A stretch of 64,000 nucleotides of DNA from Azolla caroliniana (Eukaryota; Plantae; Polypodiophyta), in assembly GCA_043228905.1 (NCBI GenBank), contig JBHGNT010000017.1, positions 4,278,001-4,342,000 of the forward strand. The letters run 5' to 3'. Shown in pieces: positions 11,790 to 26,224 of the stretch. The stretch's first letter is position 1. Every line of letters begins with the position of its first letter. The position numbers were made by a program, and so were the translations under genes. The notes under the pieces are model-generated. The model had not been told where the DNA came from and searched no databases. It was given only the letters and a program-made list of their open reading frames with translations.

Positions 11790-12263
11790 TGTTAAGAGTC
11801 TATTACTGATCAATAGACCAAATCAAGTAAAAAGGAAGAAAATAGATTGGATAGAAGAACCCGTTCCACCCGACCACCCCCGAGCTATGATCTAGACATA
11901 GCCAACCTACCACCGACGTCCCATACCGCCGGATATTAGGATGACTAATACCTTGGAAGAGATAAACACGATCGTCGAGACGAAAGCCTAGCCCGCACCA
12001 CCAGTGTCTACGACAGCAGCCTTCCGACGTGATGATCCCTATGAGGGTAGCTAAGCCTCATATTTATACCTTTTCCTAGGCCCCTTGAATAGATGTGCCT
12101 TTCTAAAAGGCTCTCTATTCATTGGTTGTCTAAATCATGATAGTGCATGCACATATCATTCATTCTATCCGATCATTAGTCCCCTTTTTAATAATAGTGA
12201 ACATACCCTTCACTAATGTAAATATTAGTGACCTACCCTCACCAACGTTCTGTGTACATAACA
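11790..12263 (-). repeat. 5' LTR of gypsy element
   Basis: Adjacent to the PBS; matches 5153-5626. Confidence 0.97.
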
Positions 12264-12930
12264 GGGCTTGCCCATGCACCTCTCCTCCTCATAAAGACAT
12301 ACGAGCATTTGCGCGTGTGTTTGTGTCTTTCTTGTACGTTCGGTCGTCTTGTGATGAGGGAGCGTTCGAGCGTGCCCATGCACCTCTCCTCCTCATAAAG
12401 ACGTACGAGCATTTGTGCGTGTGTTTGTGTCTTCCTTGTACGTTCAACCGTCTTGTGACGAGGGATCGTTCGGGCTTGCCCATGCACCTCTCCTCCTCAT
12501 AAAGGCGTACGAGCATTTTGTGCATGTGTTTGTGTCTTCCTTGTACGTTCGGTCGTCTTGTGACGAGGGAGCGTTCAGGCGTGCCCATGCACCTCTCCTT
12601 CTCATAAAGACGTACGAGTATTTGTGCGTGTGTTTGTGTCTTCCTTGTATGTTCGGCCGTCTTGTGATGAGGGAGCGTTTCGGGCGTGCCCATGCACCTC
12701 TCCTCCTCATAAAGGCGTACGAGCATTTGTGCGTGTGTTTTGTGTCTTCCTCGTACGTTCAACGTCTTGTGACAAGGGAGCGTTCGGGCGTGCCCATGCA
12801 CCTCTCCTCCTCATAAAGGCGTACGAGCATTTGTGCGTGTGTTTCGTGTCTTCCTCGTACGTTCGACGTCTTGTGACGAGGGAGCGTTCGGGCGTGCCCA
12901 TGCACCTCTCCTCCTCATAAAGACGTATGG
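12264..12930. repeat. ~104-bp GC-rich tandem array (~6.3 copies; partial copy at ~5095-5152)
   Basis: GCCCATGCACCTCTCCTCCTCATAAAG recurs, with units starting at ~12264, 12368, 12472, 12577, 12682, 12786 and 12890. Confidence 0.96.
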
Positions 12931-14069
12931 GCATTCGTGTTTGTGTTATTGTCCCCTTGTGCGTTCATCTTGCGTGCTCATCTTGCTTGTACCCGTTTGA
13001 TTACTTGGCTCGTGCAGTGATCTTGAAAGGTCGACGAGTCGTGATCAACGAGAACCACCGGCCTCACAAAACAAAGGGCAACAAGACCTTGCTCGGGAAG
13101 GGGTCGGGAAGTAGTATTGTCGTAAAGCAAACCTTAGGTCTTCTCTATCCCTTGAGTACTCCCTAGTCCAAGACCCCCGTGGTCCCACCCAAGTAACACA
13201 CGTGCGCTAAACTTTGCGACACCGGCTCTCTACAAAGCAACTGTCCCCAATAACCCAACTCTATCAAGGCTAACTTGACTGAAATTTCAGCTGAGATCGA
13301 AAACTTCAAAAAACTTCTAAGATCATGAAAAAACTTCAAAGAAATCTTTGAGTTTTAGATGTAAAAACTCTAATACTCATCCAAAACTTGGGCCTTCCAT
13401 TGGAGACAGATGTAGCAACGCCTCGAATTTATCGCATGTTGGAAGAATGCCCCTTTTTTCACACTACAAAAAAAAGACCCATGTGGTGCTTAGCACCATC
13501 GGTATGGTTGTTCCCACTACCAATCACATAACTAGGTTATGGAGTGGTGGAGTGTTGATATTATTTATCCTTTAGGTATGGGGACCCAAGGAAGAGTGCA
13601 ACATACCAATGGTAGCTTGACAATAGGTCAACATTCTTGTAATAACTGTTTATAACTAATGAAAGGATATTTTTAGGGGGGGGGAAAAACGTGGGCCTTC
13701 ATCACTGAATGTAAAAACCAAAAGTCGGAGATCATTCCAAACAGCGTTGCCTTCGCAGATTTCATCCACAATTAAAATTTGGGCCACCATTAAAATTTGA
13801 GTGACGAATCTTTTTTTGAAGGTACTCGAAACTTGAAATGCCATGAAAGTTTAGTCAAGAAAAGCTTGAAAGGTTCGCACATAGTTTGCACCATCGTGAA
13901 AATTTCAGCCACCATTAAAACTTCAAAGCCAAATTCTTTTTTGAAGATACTAGAAACTGCAACTTACACAAAAATCTAGTCACCAAAAGTTTGAAAGATC
14001 ACACATACAGGCATAACCACAAACACTTTGATTTATTTCGGTGACCCAAAGTTATGATTGCCTAAATAC

Positions 14070-16124
14070 AGGTCCTCATTGGCCATCTTTAAGAATGATC
14101 AAGATTGCTTATCCATATGTACATGGAGCATGTGGTTTTCTAGAAATGTGAGATACATGGTATTAAATGTGCTATGTATCCCACCTTTATAGAAATCCAG
14201 ATGATGTAGAGAGAGATCAATCTCTGCATGTATTCAGATCATGATGTATGGATTCCGAAATGGATATCTTTACAGGAAGTGAATTGATTTGTGTCGGATA
14301 TCCAATATCTTTACAGGAAGTGAATTGATTTGTATCGGATATCCAGATGATGTAGAGAGAGATCAATCTCTGCATGTATTCAGATCATGATGTATGGATT
14401 CCGACATGGATATCTTTACAGGAAGTGAATTGATTTGTGTCGGATATCTTTACAGGAAGTGGATTGATTCGATATGTATGCTAAATGTGGTTTACTATAC
14501 ATGAGGCTAGGCATGTCTTTAACAATATGCCATTTCTAACAATTGTCTCTTGGACTGCATTCGTAGCTTGATGTGCTTGCTGAACATGGTTCAGGTGAAG
14601 AAACATTTTGAGTGTTATGACCAGATGAAGCAACCTCCACACATTTGGTTTGTGTCTTGAAAGCGAGGTAGAGGTAGATCTCTTTACAAGAGGAGAGAAG
14701 CTCGTGTTGATTCTGTTCTAAGAGGTTTAGATTCAAATAATTTCCTTGGTAATAGTTTGATCCATATGTATGCAAAATGTGGATCCCTTACAGATGCACT
14801 GGTTGCTTCCAACAACCTTCCTTCCTCCAATATTGATTCATGGACAGCTTCGATTGGTATATATGCAGAACATGGACCATGTGTGGAAGACCTTCATTGT
14901 TTTTTAAAAGATGAAGCGCGAAGGTATATATCCTAATGCTGTCACATTTGCTTCTGCTTTAGCATAAGAGCACTGGAAAGTGATCAGGAAATTCACAGAG
15001 AAATCCCAGCAAGATATTTCTTGAAAAGTACTTTTTTTCTTGGCAATGCGCTAGTTGACATGCATCTGGTGGTTTTGTAAAGGCTAAAGACGTATTTGGT
15101 AACCTTCAACAAAAAGATCTAGCACCGTGGCATGCATCAATTGCTGGTTATGTTGGAACAAGGAAACAGTAAGCAAGTTATGGAATGTGTTGAGTGTATG
15201 CAACTAGAAGGGGTCTTTCTTGATTCCGGAGCATATGTTTCCATGTTAAAAACATGTAGAAGCACATAATTATGCAGAAAATCTAGAACTACATGCTGGA
15301 ATTATGAAGAAGGGTTTTAAAAGAGACATGTCTGCTGGAAACACTTTAGTATATATGTATTCTCAAGAGGATGTAGTTTAAGAATCACAGGAAATCTTTG
15401 ATAAGCTCTTAGTTCTGGATGTCGTGTCACGGACAGCGTTAATTGAAGGATAGGTAGAAGGAAATCATCGACAGGAAGCAATTGCTTTCTTCGATCAAAT
15501 GTATGCAGAGGGTGTTTCTCCAAATAATGTCACAGTGCTTGTGTCTTTGAAATGTTGTGTAGATATTTTAGCCATGTACAAAGGCCATGAGGTTCAGATT
15601 GATAAAATGCGGAAAGGGTTTGAAGGAGAGTTTCTATATGCAATTTTCTGACTAGGTGTGGCTCACTACCAGATGTAGAAGGAGTTTTCTATAAGATACC
15701 ACACCGAGACATAGTGTCTTGGAATTCGATGATAAGAGGCTATGTAATGAATCATAGACATGGTGTTCAACAAGATAATATCTCATTCACTTGTCTACTC
15801 TATGCTTGCAACCATGCAAAGGTTCTACAAAAAGACCTGGAGATATTTGACACGATGATAGTGGAATATGATCTTTCGCCAACAATAGATCGGCATACAT
15901 GCATTGTGGATCTTTATGCAAAACCTGGGTGCTTGGTCAAGATAGAGGATTTTCTTGATCATTTGTCAGGTCCTTCATTATGGTCAGCACTACTGACATT
16001 GTCCAAAATGCACGGCGAAATAAACTTAGGTAATGGATGCTTTCATCAGCATGTTTGTGCAACTCCATACATTCTCATGGCAAAGGCATATCCAAGTGAT
16101 GATTTGCTTGATGATGGCTCATAG
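14070..16124 (+). pseudogene. Degenerate PLS-class pentatricopeptide repeat (PPR) gene with E-domain remnant
   Basis: Fragments MYAKCGL..EARHVFNNMP (~14475), MYAKCGSLTDA...SWTASIGIYAEHG (~14766), VSWNSMIRGY, FTCLLYACNHA, HTCIVDLYAKPG and WSALL..SKMHG, separated by stops and frameshifts. Confidence 0.88.
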
Positions 16125-19100
16125 AGTTGAAAAGACTTGCAAGTTCCTTGGAAGAGGGGTATGGAACATAGATATTCGAAGTTAAGAAATCTCAATCGAT
16201 GATTTTAGCTTCCGATTTGACATGTTCGTAATCCCTAATCCTGAAGCCTAGAAACATTAAACCAGTTCATTGCAAGAGGATAACTCAATGATCATTGGTA
16301 TCGTGATGTCCATAAACCCTAGACCCTAAATTGGATCATTGCAAGATGATATATTGAGGATGATCAGGAATTTTATAGTTACTGTCCACCCTAAACTTGA
16401 AATCCTTAGCCCTTAACCGGTTGATTACAAGAAGATATCTTGACAATGATTGGGAATTGGAAATTTGAGTTCTGATAACCCCTATATATCTCCATTGAAG
16501 TGTATTGTGCTTGCTTACAACATTCAGCTTGTAAGGAAAACAAAATATATATACCATAAAGAAATGTTGGCCTGTTTGCCTATGAAAATGAGTAATGATT
16601 ATGAATATGGCAATATGCACTTGGTCAAATCTAAAGCCAGTAAGCCATGTGATCAGTTGTTGTTTTTACACCAAGGGAGCTGGTCTCTCCTAGAAACATG
16701 CATCCAATAGCCCGTCGAAGGCCACAACAATGAGCATACATAGAATCATACACCAATGAAGTCAGTTAGGCTAGATATAGACCCATTAGCTCAATGCATG
16801 ACTATTTGCCCAATCTGTGTCCTAGAATTAGAATTAAAGTGGTATAAATAGTCTTTCTTTGTGACATTTTGAGCCCCCCGTTCTTTAATTGCATTCTTAA
16901 TCATGTTGCACCTCATATGGAGGTTATTTAAAGAGACGCATTTTCAAGGCATATCAATCTCAACACAAATACAAATATGATGTACAAATATACAAACATG
17001 ATTACGACTTTTCTCCTAAACTTTTGTTGGGTTTACTACCTTGACATCAAGTTTTGTACAACAAAATGACGGCAAATAATAACTTTCCAAAATGGAACAA
17101 AAGAAAAGAAAGATGGAACACAAGACCAAAAAGTATCCCAAACCAAAATGCATGCATCATAATCGCAACATTACACTTCTCTATAGGAAATGATATGATT
17201 TGACAATGACGAATACATTGGAGTTAATGTGACCAAGTTGTGATTCAAAGTTTGATTTTGCGTATTTGATGCTACATAATACTCCCCAACAAAACTTAAT
17301 CGTGTTTTTGCTAGCAATTCCCAATAATCATCAAGAAATTCAAACAACGAGACCAATAAGTGATTTGAATTAACTTTAATGTTTAACTTACACTTTGTTT
17401 TTCAATGTCCATTCCAAAGGGGTCTATTTTATTATGGATGTATCATGTATACAGTATGGGTATGATCATACTACAAATAGGGTTGCCAAACTTAATGATG
17501 GACATAGAGTTCCTAGCATTCTCTGCTTGTCATTGAACATCCAAAAGACAATCTAGCACAAGGTAGTATATTAGTTGTTGTACTTATTTTTCTTGGTGAT
17601 TTTTTTACATCTGTACATTTTTCTCTTCATTGGATGAGGGCCATCACATATGAATTTTGTTTTATGAAACTTCATGCTTTAAGTTTATTTTTTCGTAAAA
17701 CTTTATTAATACCTATCTATCTTCAAAATGTGAAAATGGAATATTTCATGAAGAAGTAAGCTTGGCATGTGCATATTCCATGGTTTAACCTATTACAATT
17801 CAACAAATACCGTATCATGCAAATTTGTGTATGGAGTAGGGTTTTCTTTCGGTGATTTGGAAATGTTTCACAATGAAATCTATAATATATCCATGACCCT
17901 TCATAATTCATACAAGAATGTGTAATAGTTTATTAGTCATGCGATATGTGTTTCATGAAATGAGTATACCAACCAACTGTACTTAACTTTGAACATTCTC
18001 ACATTACCTACCTTCCTCAATTTTTGACATACAGATGAGAGATTACATTACATGTGATAGATCAAGTCCCTTTTCTTCTTTGAGAGTTTAGATTTTACTT
18101 TCCAAACTCTATGTTGAGAATCCCTACTCACTAATATTGTAATAACTTCATATGTCATATAACAATACCTTCTCTTTTACATGGATCTATGCAATATAGC
18201 TATGTAGGGTATTTAAAAATTTTACTTTTCTTTTTATGAATGAATGGTATCTACACATTGTGTGTTCTCTGTATGCATCAAAGAAGATTTTTGTTAGTTT
18301 CATGTCGCGTTGCTATCATCTTCCAATATTTATTGTAATTCCTAAATTGAGACAAAATGCTTCACCACATCAAAATGTGATGGTAAACATGTCACGTACA
18401 CATTTGTTCGATTATGAAATCGCCACTAAGGTTTCATCTCTGCATAGTCCCTAGAGATGTCTTTTGGTTATGATTTATCTAATCTCATATTTCAATCATT
18501 GTTGCTACTACACCTTCTTTTGAGTAGTACAAGTCCTATGGTGGCCTCCATTTTTATAGCAATCCTCTTATTCTACGTACATATTGATTACCTTCTAGTA
18601 CGGCCTCTTGAAGGGATTGTTATCCGTTTCAATCCCCGTGCCAAGGACAATCAAATAAAGGCCAATGTTGTAAAGGCATATTATAGGGACTCATTATTAG
18701 TGTGTGGGATCTCAAAGTAAAATATCGAAGCAACATCAAATCTATTCCTTGAGACTTGAATCCCCACACCCTTGAGAGCAAAAACTATATGCTATGAAAA
18801 TGTTATAGGGCTTTCAAATGAATGAAATTAGTATATATTTAAATTGAATAAAATTAATATATCTGTAAGTTATTATCCAAAGTCCAATTGTAATTGCATC
18901 TTCCATTTCCAAAATACTGCAAAATGCAATCCTTTAAAGACAAAATGGAAGGATTTGTTAGTTTTTGTGAAGATAAATGACAAAATGGATTGGCAAGATG
19001 TACCCCCGTGATGGTTGTTTCCTCTATAGGTGGAGGTTGGTGTCAATTATGCCATAATGGGGGATATCTTACCCGCCACTACATTGTATCATTATATGTC

Positions 19101-22100
19101 TTGTATATGCTTTTTGGATTGGTAATGGAAACTATGGTGTAGTTTAAACAAACAAAATTAAATAAAAAATATTGTAAAATGTTTGTTGAAGCAATGAACT
19201 AGGGCAACTTCTAGATAACGAAATTCAAAAATTAAATAACATATTGAAAGGGAAGGAAGAGAGGTGACGATTAAGAAAGGGACAAATATAGATACATAGT
19301 AGTAACGTATGAGTGCCTTGTTTGTAGTCTTGAAATCTCACCATCTTTTTGGAAATAAAAATTAAAAATTAAAAATTTCACCATCAACATTTTCAACACA
19401 ATTGAGAATTGTATTTCATAAAGTGTTGGAATGGCAATCCCATGAAATAAAGAGCTAAAATTTATCCCTATGTGGGGACTACTACCCCATCTTCTTTCTT
19501 TCAACATCCAATAACTAAAATAGGGCTATATGTTGTCCATTGGGTACGACACTTTTTTACCATTGTTTATGAAATGCCTGTCTTCTTGTCTTGAAGCCTT
19601 GATTGTGAACTTTTACTATAGTAAAACCATATTCTGAGGAGAATCCATCAATTTCATGCTCCTAGATAAGAGACATTGATGAAGGCCTTGTAAACATAAA
19701 TAAGTTGTGAATGATGTTACATGTACAATGTGGTTGACTTGTCAGTCTCTGTGAGCTAATGTCATTGCATGTACATATATAAATGATACAAGACAATGCT
19801 AATACATTCAAACAATCTTCGATGAATTGCATCCCAAATCTAAAAATATCATTAATAAGAACCAAATATTAGTTATAGAATGCCATGACATCTAGATTGT
19901 AGTTGATTGAATGGTCTTTCACAACCCAAGGGCCTTGTGGCTGGCCTAAATGGTCTCTATTAATCAATTATATTTACGCACTCATAACACATTTTTTACG
20001 TGATTTGGGGCATTTGTGCATTTGTTTCTATCTATAGAAGTAAAATAGTGGGTGCACTGTGCTTGGCTTATTGACGTTGAGAAGAGGCTATCAAGAGCTT
20101 CGTTGACTATTGTCGAAGGGTATTTGGGGTAAACAAATGGAAACTTCATTGGGAAATCAAAGCAAACTCAAAATTAAAGAGTTTCACCAGTTTTGTCAAT
20201 TTCTTTATCGTTTATAGATGTGATTAAATCATTGTGTACTATTGATGTAACATGTTATTTATTATCATGCATTAGTAGTTAGTCTACGTTAGTCGTTTGT
20301 GCTATCCCTATCTTGTATGTGTCATTTTACCATTATTTGAACTACGTTGCATTTGATTTCATAGGCCTTTACGATTAGCATAGTTTATGCCTTAATGGTT
20401 TTACAAATGAGGTTTGCATCAGAACGCGGCGGCAAGTCACAAAAATGTCAACATTGCATGTGACCCCAATGTAACAACCTACAACACCCGGTCCCTAAAG
20501 TGTCATTCTTACATGCAATCAAACTCCATTGAAAGGCATATTTACTAAACGAAATAAAATTGTATCCATTTTATTCGTGAAAAAACACATGTTAGAATTT
20601 TATATTATAAGCATATGATATTGGAGGGTTTCGACACACTTAAACACCACTAAAACCAAACAGCTGGTATACATTCATTGCACATATGAATGTGTGTGTG
20701 TGTGTGTGTTACGTGTATGTGGACATGCACATATGTAAACTTGTAAGTACATACTTGCAAAATGCATTTGCACTCACACATATCCCAAAATAGAAGTAGG
20801 ATGCATATCAGAGAGAGGAACTACCGCCTTGGAATTTGAATTATTTTGTCGACATACGAAAAATGGATTCTTTCTCGACTAATGTGATATCTCTTCAATC
20901 GCCATGTCATTAAGTTTAGAAACACCCCCACAAATTCATTCCAATAAACTATCAAGATTTCTTTATGTATTTTCCTTTTCCTTTTCTAATTATTCCTGGT
21001 ATTCTGACATACTCGAACTTCACATATATTGGATCACAAATACATAATGTAAACTAAACGTTGCATCGATAACCACACCTCACATGTGTTTATATTGTCA
21101 CACTCCCATGCCTTAATTCAACAATATGGAAGCTAAACCAAATGCCAACAAAGCCTACCCCGAAATTATTATCATGTTTTTGTTGTTTGTATATGTTTAT
21201 CAAATAAATTGAATTGAATGCTGTAAAATTGAGATTGTATGTTTTGAAAATGTCCTAACATTGTGTTGCCCAACATCACTTCTCATAGAAAATTATTCCT
21301 TGCGCCAAAACTTACTAAGAGACATTTGTTTGATGATTATGCAAGGATTGTTTTCCATTTGTAGTAGACCTTAATCCTATGTTAGATCCTTTGATCACCC
21401 TTCTATTTTTTATTATTTCTCTCCCTTTTGTGTAGTGCATTTTATTTGACAGCCATTTCATGTTCACGGTGTTGTCTTGACTATCTAAATGATACATGCA
21501 AGACACACCACTAAGAAGTTTCGAGAGTGTAGGATAATGTATGTTAGATACCAATATTTTTACATGAAGATATTTGTCTTTTCTTGGTGTCTATATGAGT
21601 TCATATCGTAATCAACAATGCTCGGGCAAACATCTACTACTACACATACTAGCAACTTTTTTATCTTCATGAGGAAAAACTACTTTATGTGTTAAATTTA
21701 AACTATAACACTTCATTTTTATGATAAATCCAATCATTGAAAGGCCATGATCATGCTAATAACTTATAATCATTTTTTGTAGAAGGGGGTGTGGGTGGAG
21801 AGAGAGAAGAAAATGTGTCATTTGTTCAAGAATATCATTAGCCATGGTTTGGAGGATCACAATTACATTAAAAAATGTGAAGGTTAGTGCAGTTCCACGA
21901 TAATGGTGGGTTCACTTAATAAAAACATTTGGAAATGCAACGTATTTTTGGGTGTATGTTGGTTGGTGGGTTCTTGTTTCTTGTTTCCCTCTCAAGCTAT
22001 AATCTTTCAAATGGTTCGTGTTCTTTTGTATTATCATTGGGGAGACATGTCATCATCTATTTTTATCTTTTCTTGTGGCATGATGCGAATGGTCTATATC

Positions 22101-25100
22101 AAGGGTTTGGCTCTTTGTTTCCGAGATTGGGGGCCTACCAAACTAGTACGCTATATGCAAGAACATGTGACGGTTATCTTCCATTTTTTGTGTTATTGGG
22201 TCGTCTAGTATGCATTCATTCAAGATTTCTAGCATGGAATGCACAACCATATTGGTGATTTGAGATACATATCTCCTATGTGACTCTTATAACCAAGGAT
22301 CATTTAGTTCCTCGACATGCATCCATTTCTTTGGTTTTATTGTGAGACATGTACTTGTTTTATAACCTTTTTACAATATAGTAACTAGTATAATTACCCA
22401 TTGAGAGAGAGAGAACACAAATAATATAAAGCTTCTCCCACCCCATGTGTAAATATATTGTGTGTATGCATGCGCAAGCCCAACATGTGTATTCACCTAA
22501 ATTCCAAGAGATAAAGAAGGCAAGGGTTTACTGTCATTCTCAACATCAGACAAAATTGTTTACTTATGCATCCATTAATGGGATTTTACAATATCAGTAA
22601 AACGAGATATTGCAATGCACTAGTGGAAGCTCTAAATTATTCAATGGGTGGTCTCTCTATCAACCCCAATGTGTTGCCCTATAACTCAACAAGACACAAC
22701 AATGTGCACAAATGGTAATTGGGTGATGTATCAAGGTGGTCGAACCATCATTGAGGAGTTCCAAGCTTCCAAGTTGCTTAGGTCCCAAAACCCCATCATT
22801 ACATTAGTTCCACATCATTATTGTCGAGTTTCCTTTTATTTGGATACATCCCATTGGCTCATTTGTGTACGATCGTTGAATTCACTACTGATATTCTCCT
22901 TGTGGTCCCATGGTTTGTGGGGATGAAAAGTCTCTCTTTCTCGTGACTTGTTTTGCACCAATCGAGTCTATGAATGAATGGAACGTTCTCCTTATGCCAT
23001 TGGATTCCATTGCCCAAATGTTATCAAGTGCATGTGCACATGTGTGTCATTGTGTATTTGTGTGAATTCATGAGTGATGTATGTGAAATTCAAAGTTTTT
23101 CCAATGACATAGAAATATGAAAGATGTAACCTTGTTGTTTTGTAGAGATTTGGGAAGAGAGAAGACATATTAGGATGGCATCGTGGATTATAGGTAATCA
23201 AAGTAAATCCAAGTAGAAACAATTGCATAGAATTAAATTGCAAATACTAAATAACAGTGTTACAATTTTGTCCATGAAATTTTCGCAATCATAATCACTC
23301 ATCGTAGCAAGAAAAATATGAAAACTTTACATTGAACCTTGTTGCAATCTATCGAAACTTGTTAGGACCATGTACTTTGACCTTGAGATAAGTATCAATT
23401 AACATGTAATCATATACATATTGTTTATGAAAGGTTCACATCGAGCGATGTTAATTGTTCCAACAATAAGAAAGTAAAGAAAATAAATAACTGCATGGGT
23501 TGTTTCAAACGTAGTTATATGTGTTCTCATTTAACAAAAAACGCAGTGTCTAATAAAAAAGACAATCATTTAACAATTTTCCATTACTTTTGTGCCACTA
23601 ACTTCTAGGGAAAAGGAAAGTGAGATTGCTGTTGATTAAGATTTTTTCTTAAATGTTGTGTCAAGTGGAATCCAAGGCAAGACCGATTTTTATATGTTTA
23701 TTCCCTTGTGCTTTAACAACAACAAATATAAATAAGAGAATGGGTAGTGGTCGGTTCCCATTACACGACAATGCAAAGTGCCTATGGTGTTTTAGCATTT
23801 TTAGCGCTATTTAAGCAACAAGTAGAGAAAGATAAAGCAAAGTACAAATGACATGGGAGCTTGCATGCGCACGCACACACATGTATATGTATGTTTGTAC
23901 ATACATACATACATACATACATACATACATACACTCATTCATAGATTGGTTAGATGTAAAATGTTCGTGAAACAAATGGGTTTTTCTGTAGTTATTTTAT
24001 TAGATCATCGTGCACTTTGTCCGTGTTATTATTCTCAGATGGTTAGCCATTTTTGTTTTCTATTCGGCTTTACCTTTCATCCCTTGCTTTCTCGTGATTA
24101 TTCCTAGATGGGCAACCACCACTCCTCTGTTGGAGAGATGCTTTTAACTTCCATTATTGGGTTGGCTAGAGACACTTTTAAGTTTTAACGATGAAGGAGA
24201 GATATTCATCCTTCCCTTTTACTTTTTGTCTGTAGAATTTCTCTAGACAAACATGACTCATGAAAATGGGGGCAATCAATAGACGAACAGAAAAGGAAGC
24301 ATTGTCAAAATCTAACCATTACACACATTGCATAAAGGCAAACAAAACATTGTGGGCATTTGGTGGGTTTTCCTTTTAAAGCTAGTGCGAGCCTCGTGTA
24401 ATATTCCCTTTTGCCATGTAAAAGGATGGCAAAGCCCTACAATTTTAACACATCGCATGGTACCTGATGCGTAGTATGCAATACTTCAATTATATTTGTT
24501 TGATAATAAAAATATTCAATGATGAAAACTTAATTCTTAACAATTCTTATTGAATGCCTTCCACATAATTTCACTTTAAAGGTCTTACTATATGCAATGT
24601 TTACGAATGTGAAAGATCATTCATGCATTTAAGTAGGTTATTGTTAGGTACAATGCCAAGCTAGAGCTAATGTTAGGTATATAAGTACACTAAGGTACCC
24701 GTCACAAACAATCATGTTAACGTTGTGCGGGTGTTGTGACTTTCCATGATCTTGTTCACAAAAAAGAGGAATGAAGCTTTGATATATTCAAAGAAATCAT
24801 AACTTAGCTCTTGATCTCAACATGCTAATATAGGTTGGAAAATGCAAACGCATATGTAATTGTACGTGAAGACCACACACATAGCGAGACGGGGGTTATT
24901 ATGCCACAAAGAAAGAGACATGTAGTTGCATGTTTTTAATGATTGTTCTCGCATTTACTTGAGCTAGAATATAAAGCCTAGAGCATATGACAAATAATAA
25001 TGTGCACGGGGACAAAACAAGATGTATGGGACTTGCACGTTTTGAACCTAAAGTTCTCTCGAATACGAGACTTCATTTTATGACGCAGTCACTGTAGAAA

Positions 25101-26224
25101 GAAAAATATAATAACGTCTTCTAAGATCAAATTGGCCCATAGGGCAATTGATTATTGGGTATCCGTATGGGTAACCCGATCATCGAAAATAAAAAATAAA
25201 TATAAATAACAGAGTTTGAGCATGGTAAAAAATATGTTATGCGTTCTATAAAGGAAATGGCTATGTATTGAGACTAGTTTCATTTCCATCCAAGTCCTTT
25301 GAAATCTTTCACACATGTAAGTGTTGAACAAGCACTTGAAAAGAATGTTAGTAAATGGGGAGCACTAGTAGGGACTTCAAAAGTCAATAAAAATATAGAT
25401 GATGCTCATAAATTTTAGCACCTCTTGATGGAGACGTTTTTCGCGAACAAGACATGCTTTAGAACTTATTGACCACATGTGTGGTTTGGTGAAGAGTACA
25501 TATGGGCAAAGAAAAGGTATTCTACTAAAAGAGAATGGGTAATGGAAATAATGAAGCTGCATTAGAACTGCATCAAGGATCAAGAATAAGTGAAAGAGAG
25601 CATGCCATTTCTATTGTTGATTTGAAAATAACATGTCGTATCATTGGCATGAGTACTTAAGTCGTATGTTTTGTGTGGGATATACATACACACATATAAA
25701 ATATATGTACACATGTTAAAATGATGCCATGTCTTAAAAGTAAAGATTGAGAAGCATTGGAACCACGGTGATGGCGTCAGCATAATCCAAAGCCATGAAA
25801 ATCACATGGTATATGTATATTAGTTTAGTTAGATTGTTAGCCAACTTCAAAGGGAGAAACGAGTCCACAAATCAGTCTCCCAACCAAATGTAGAAAACCA
25901 GTACTGAGCCCGAGGTTGGCAAGAATGCAAATAATGGACAAATCAGTGACAAGGCAATCAAAACAAGTAGTAATTGTTGGGAGAAACGAGCGAGAGACAT
26001 GGTACATTCATATTGAAAGAGAAGGTGATTGACATTCAAAGTTGGGTTTAGGAGGAAACATGGAAGTCGAGGCAACGTGGTAGATAGCGGAAGAGGAACC
26101 GAAGTTAGTAACGATAACATGGTCACTACTTGAACTGGATCCGGCAAACTGTCCGTCCGAATGCTAGGAAGTTAGGAACCAACATACATATGTATACACA
26201 TACATACAAGAAGGAAGCCCAAGC

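Larger units (their letters stand above)
5153..12263 (-). mobile_element. Full-length Ty3/gypsy chromovirus LTR retrotransposon, recently inserted
   Basis: Two 474-bp TG...CA LTRs (5153-5626, 11790-12263) and a 5-bp TSD GGGCT (5148-5152, 12264-12268). tRNA-iMet PBS, PPT next to 5627, and domain order gag-PR-RT-RH-INT-chromodomain. Confidence 0.98.
4193..13234 (+). mobile_element. Probable older solo-LTR-like repeat element (4193-5152 plus 12264-13234), split by the gypsy insertion
   Basis: Begins TGT and ends ACA. Subterminal inverted motif CCGGTGTCG (~4212) / CGACACCGG (~13217). TATAAAAGG at ~4607. Internal 104-bp array continues across the gypsy insertion. No matching target-site duplication was found. 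Confidence 0.45.

Noticed and set aside
12264-12930. CRISPR-like regular repeat spacing
   Set aside because: Whole units repeat with no unique spacers, there are no cas genes, and the context is eukaryotic.
12137-12934. Several overlapping ORFs of up to 170 aa with repeated peptides
   Set aside because: They are by-products of the 104-bp tandem array and show no domain similarity.
16230-16420. Scattered CCCTAA(A)-like motifs suggesting interstitial telomere
   Set aside because: Too few and non-tandem.
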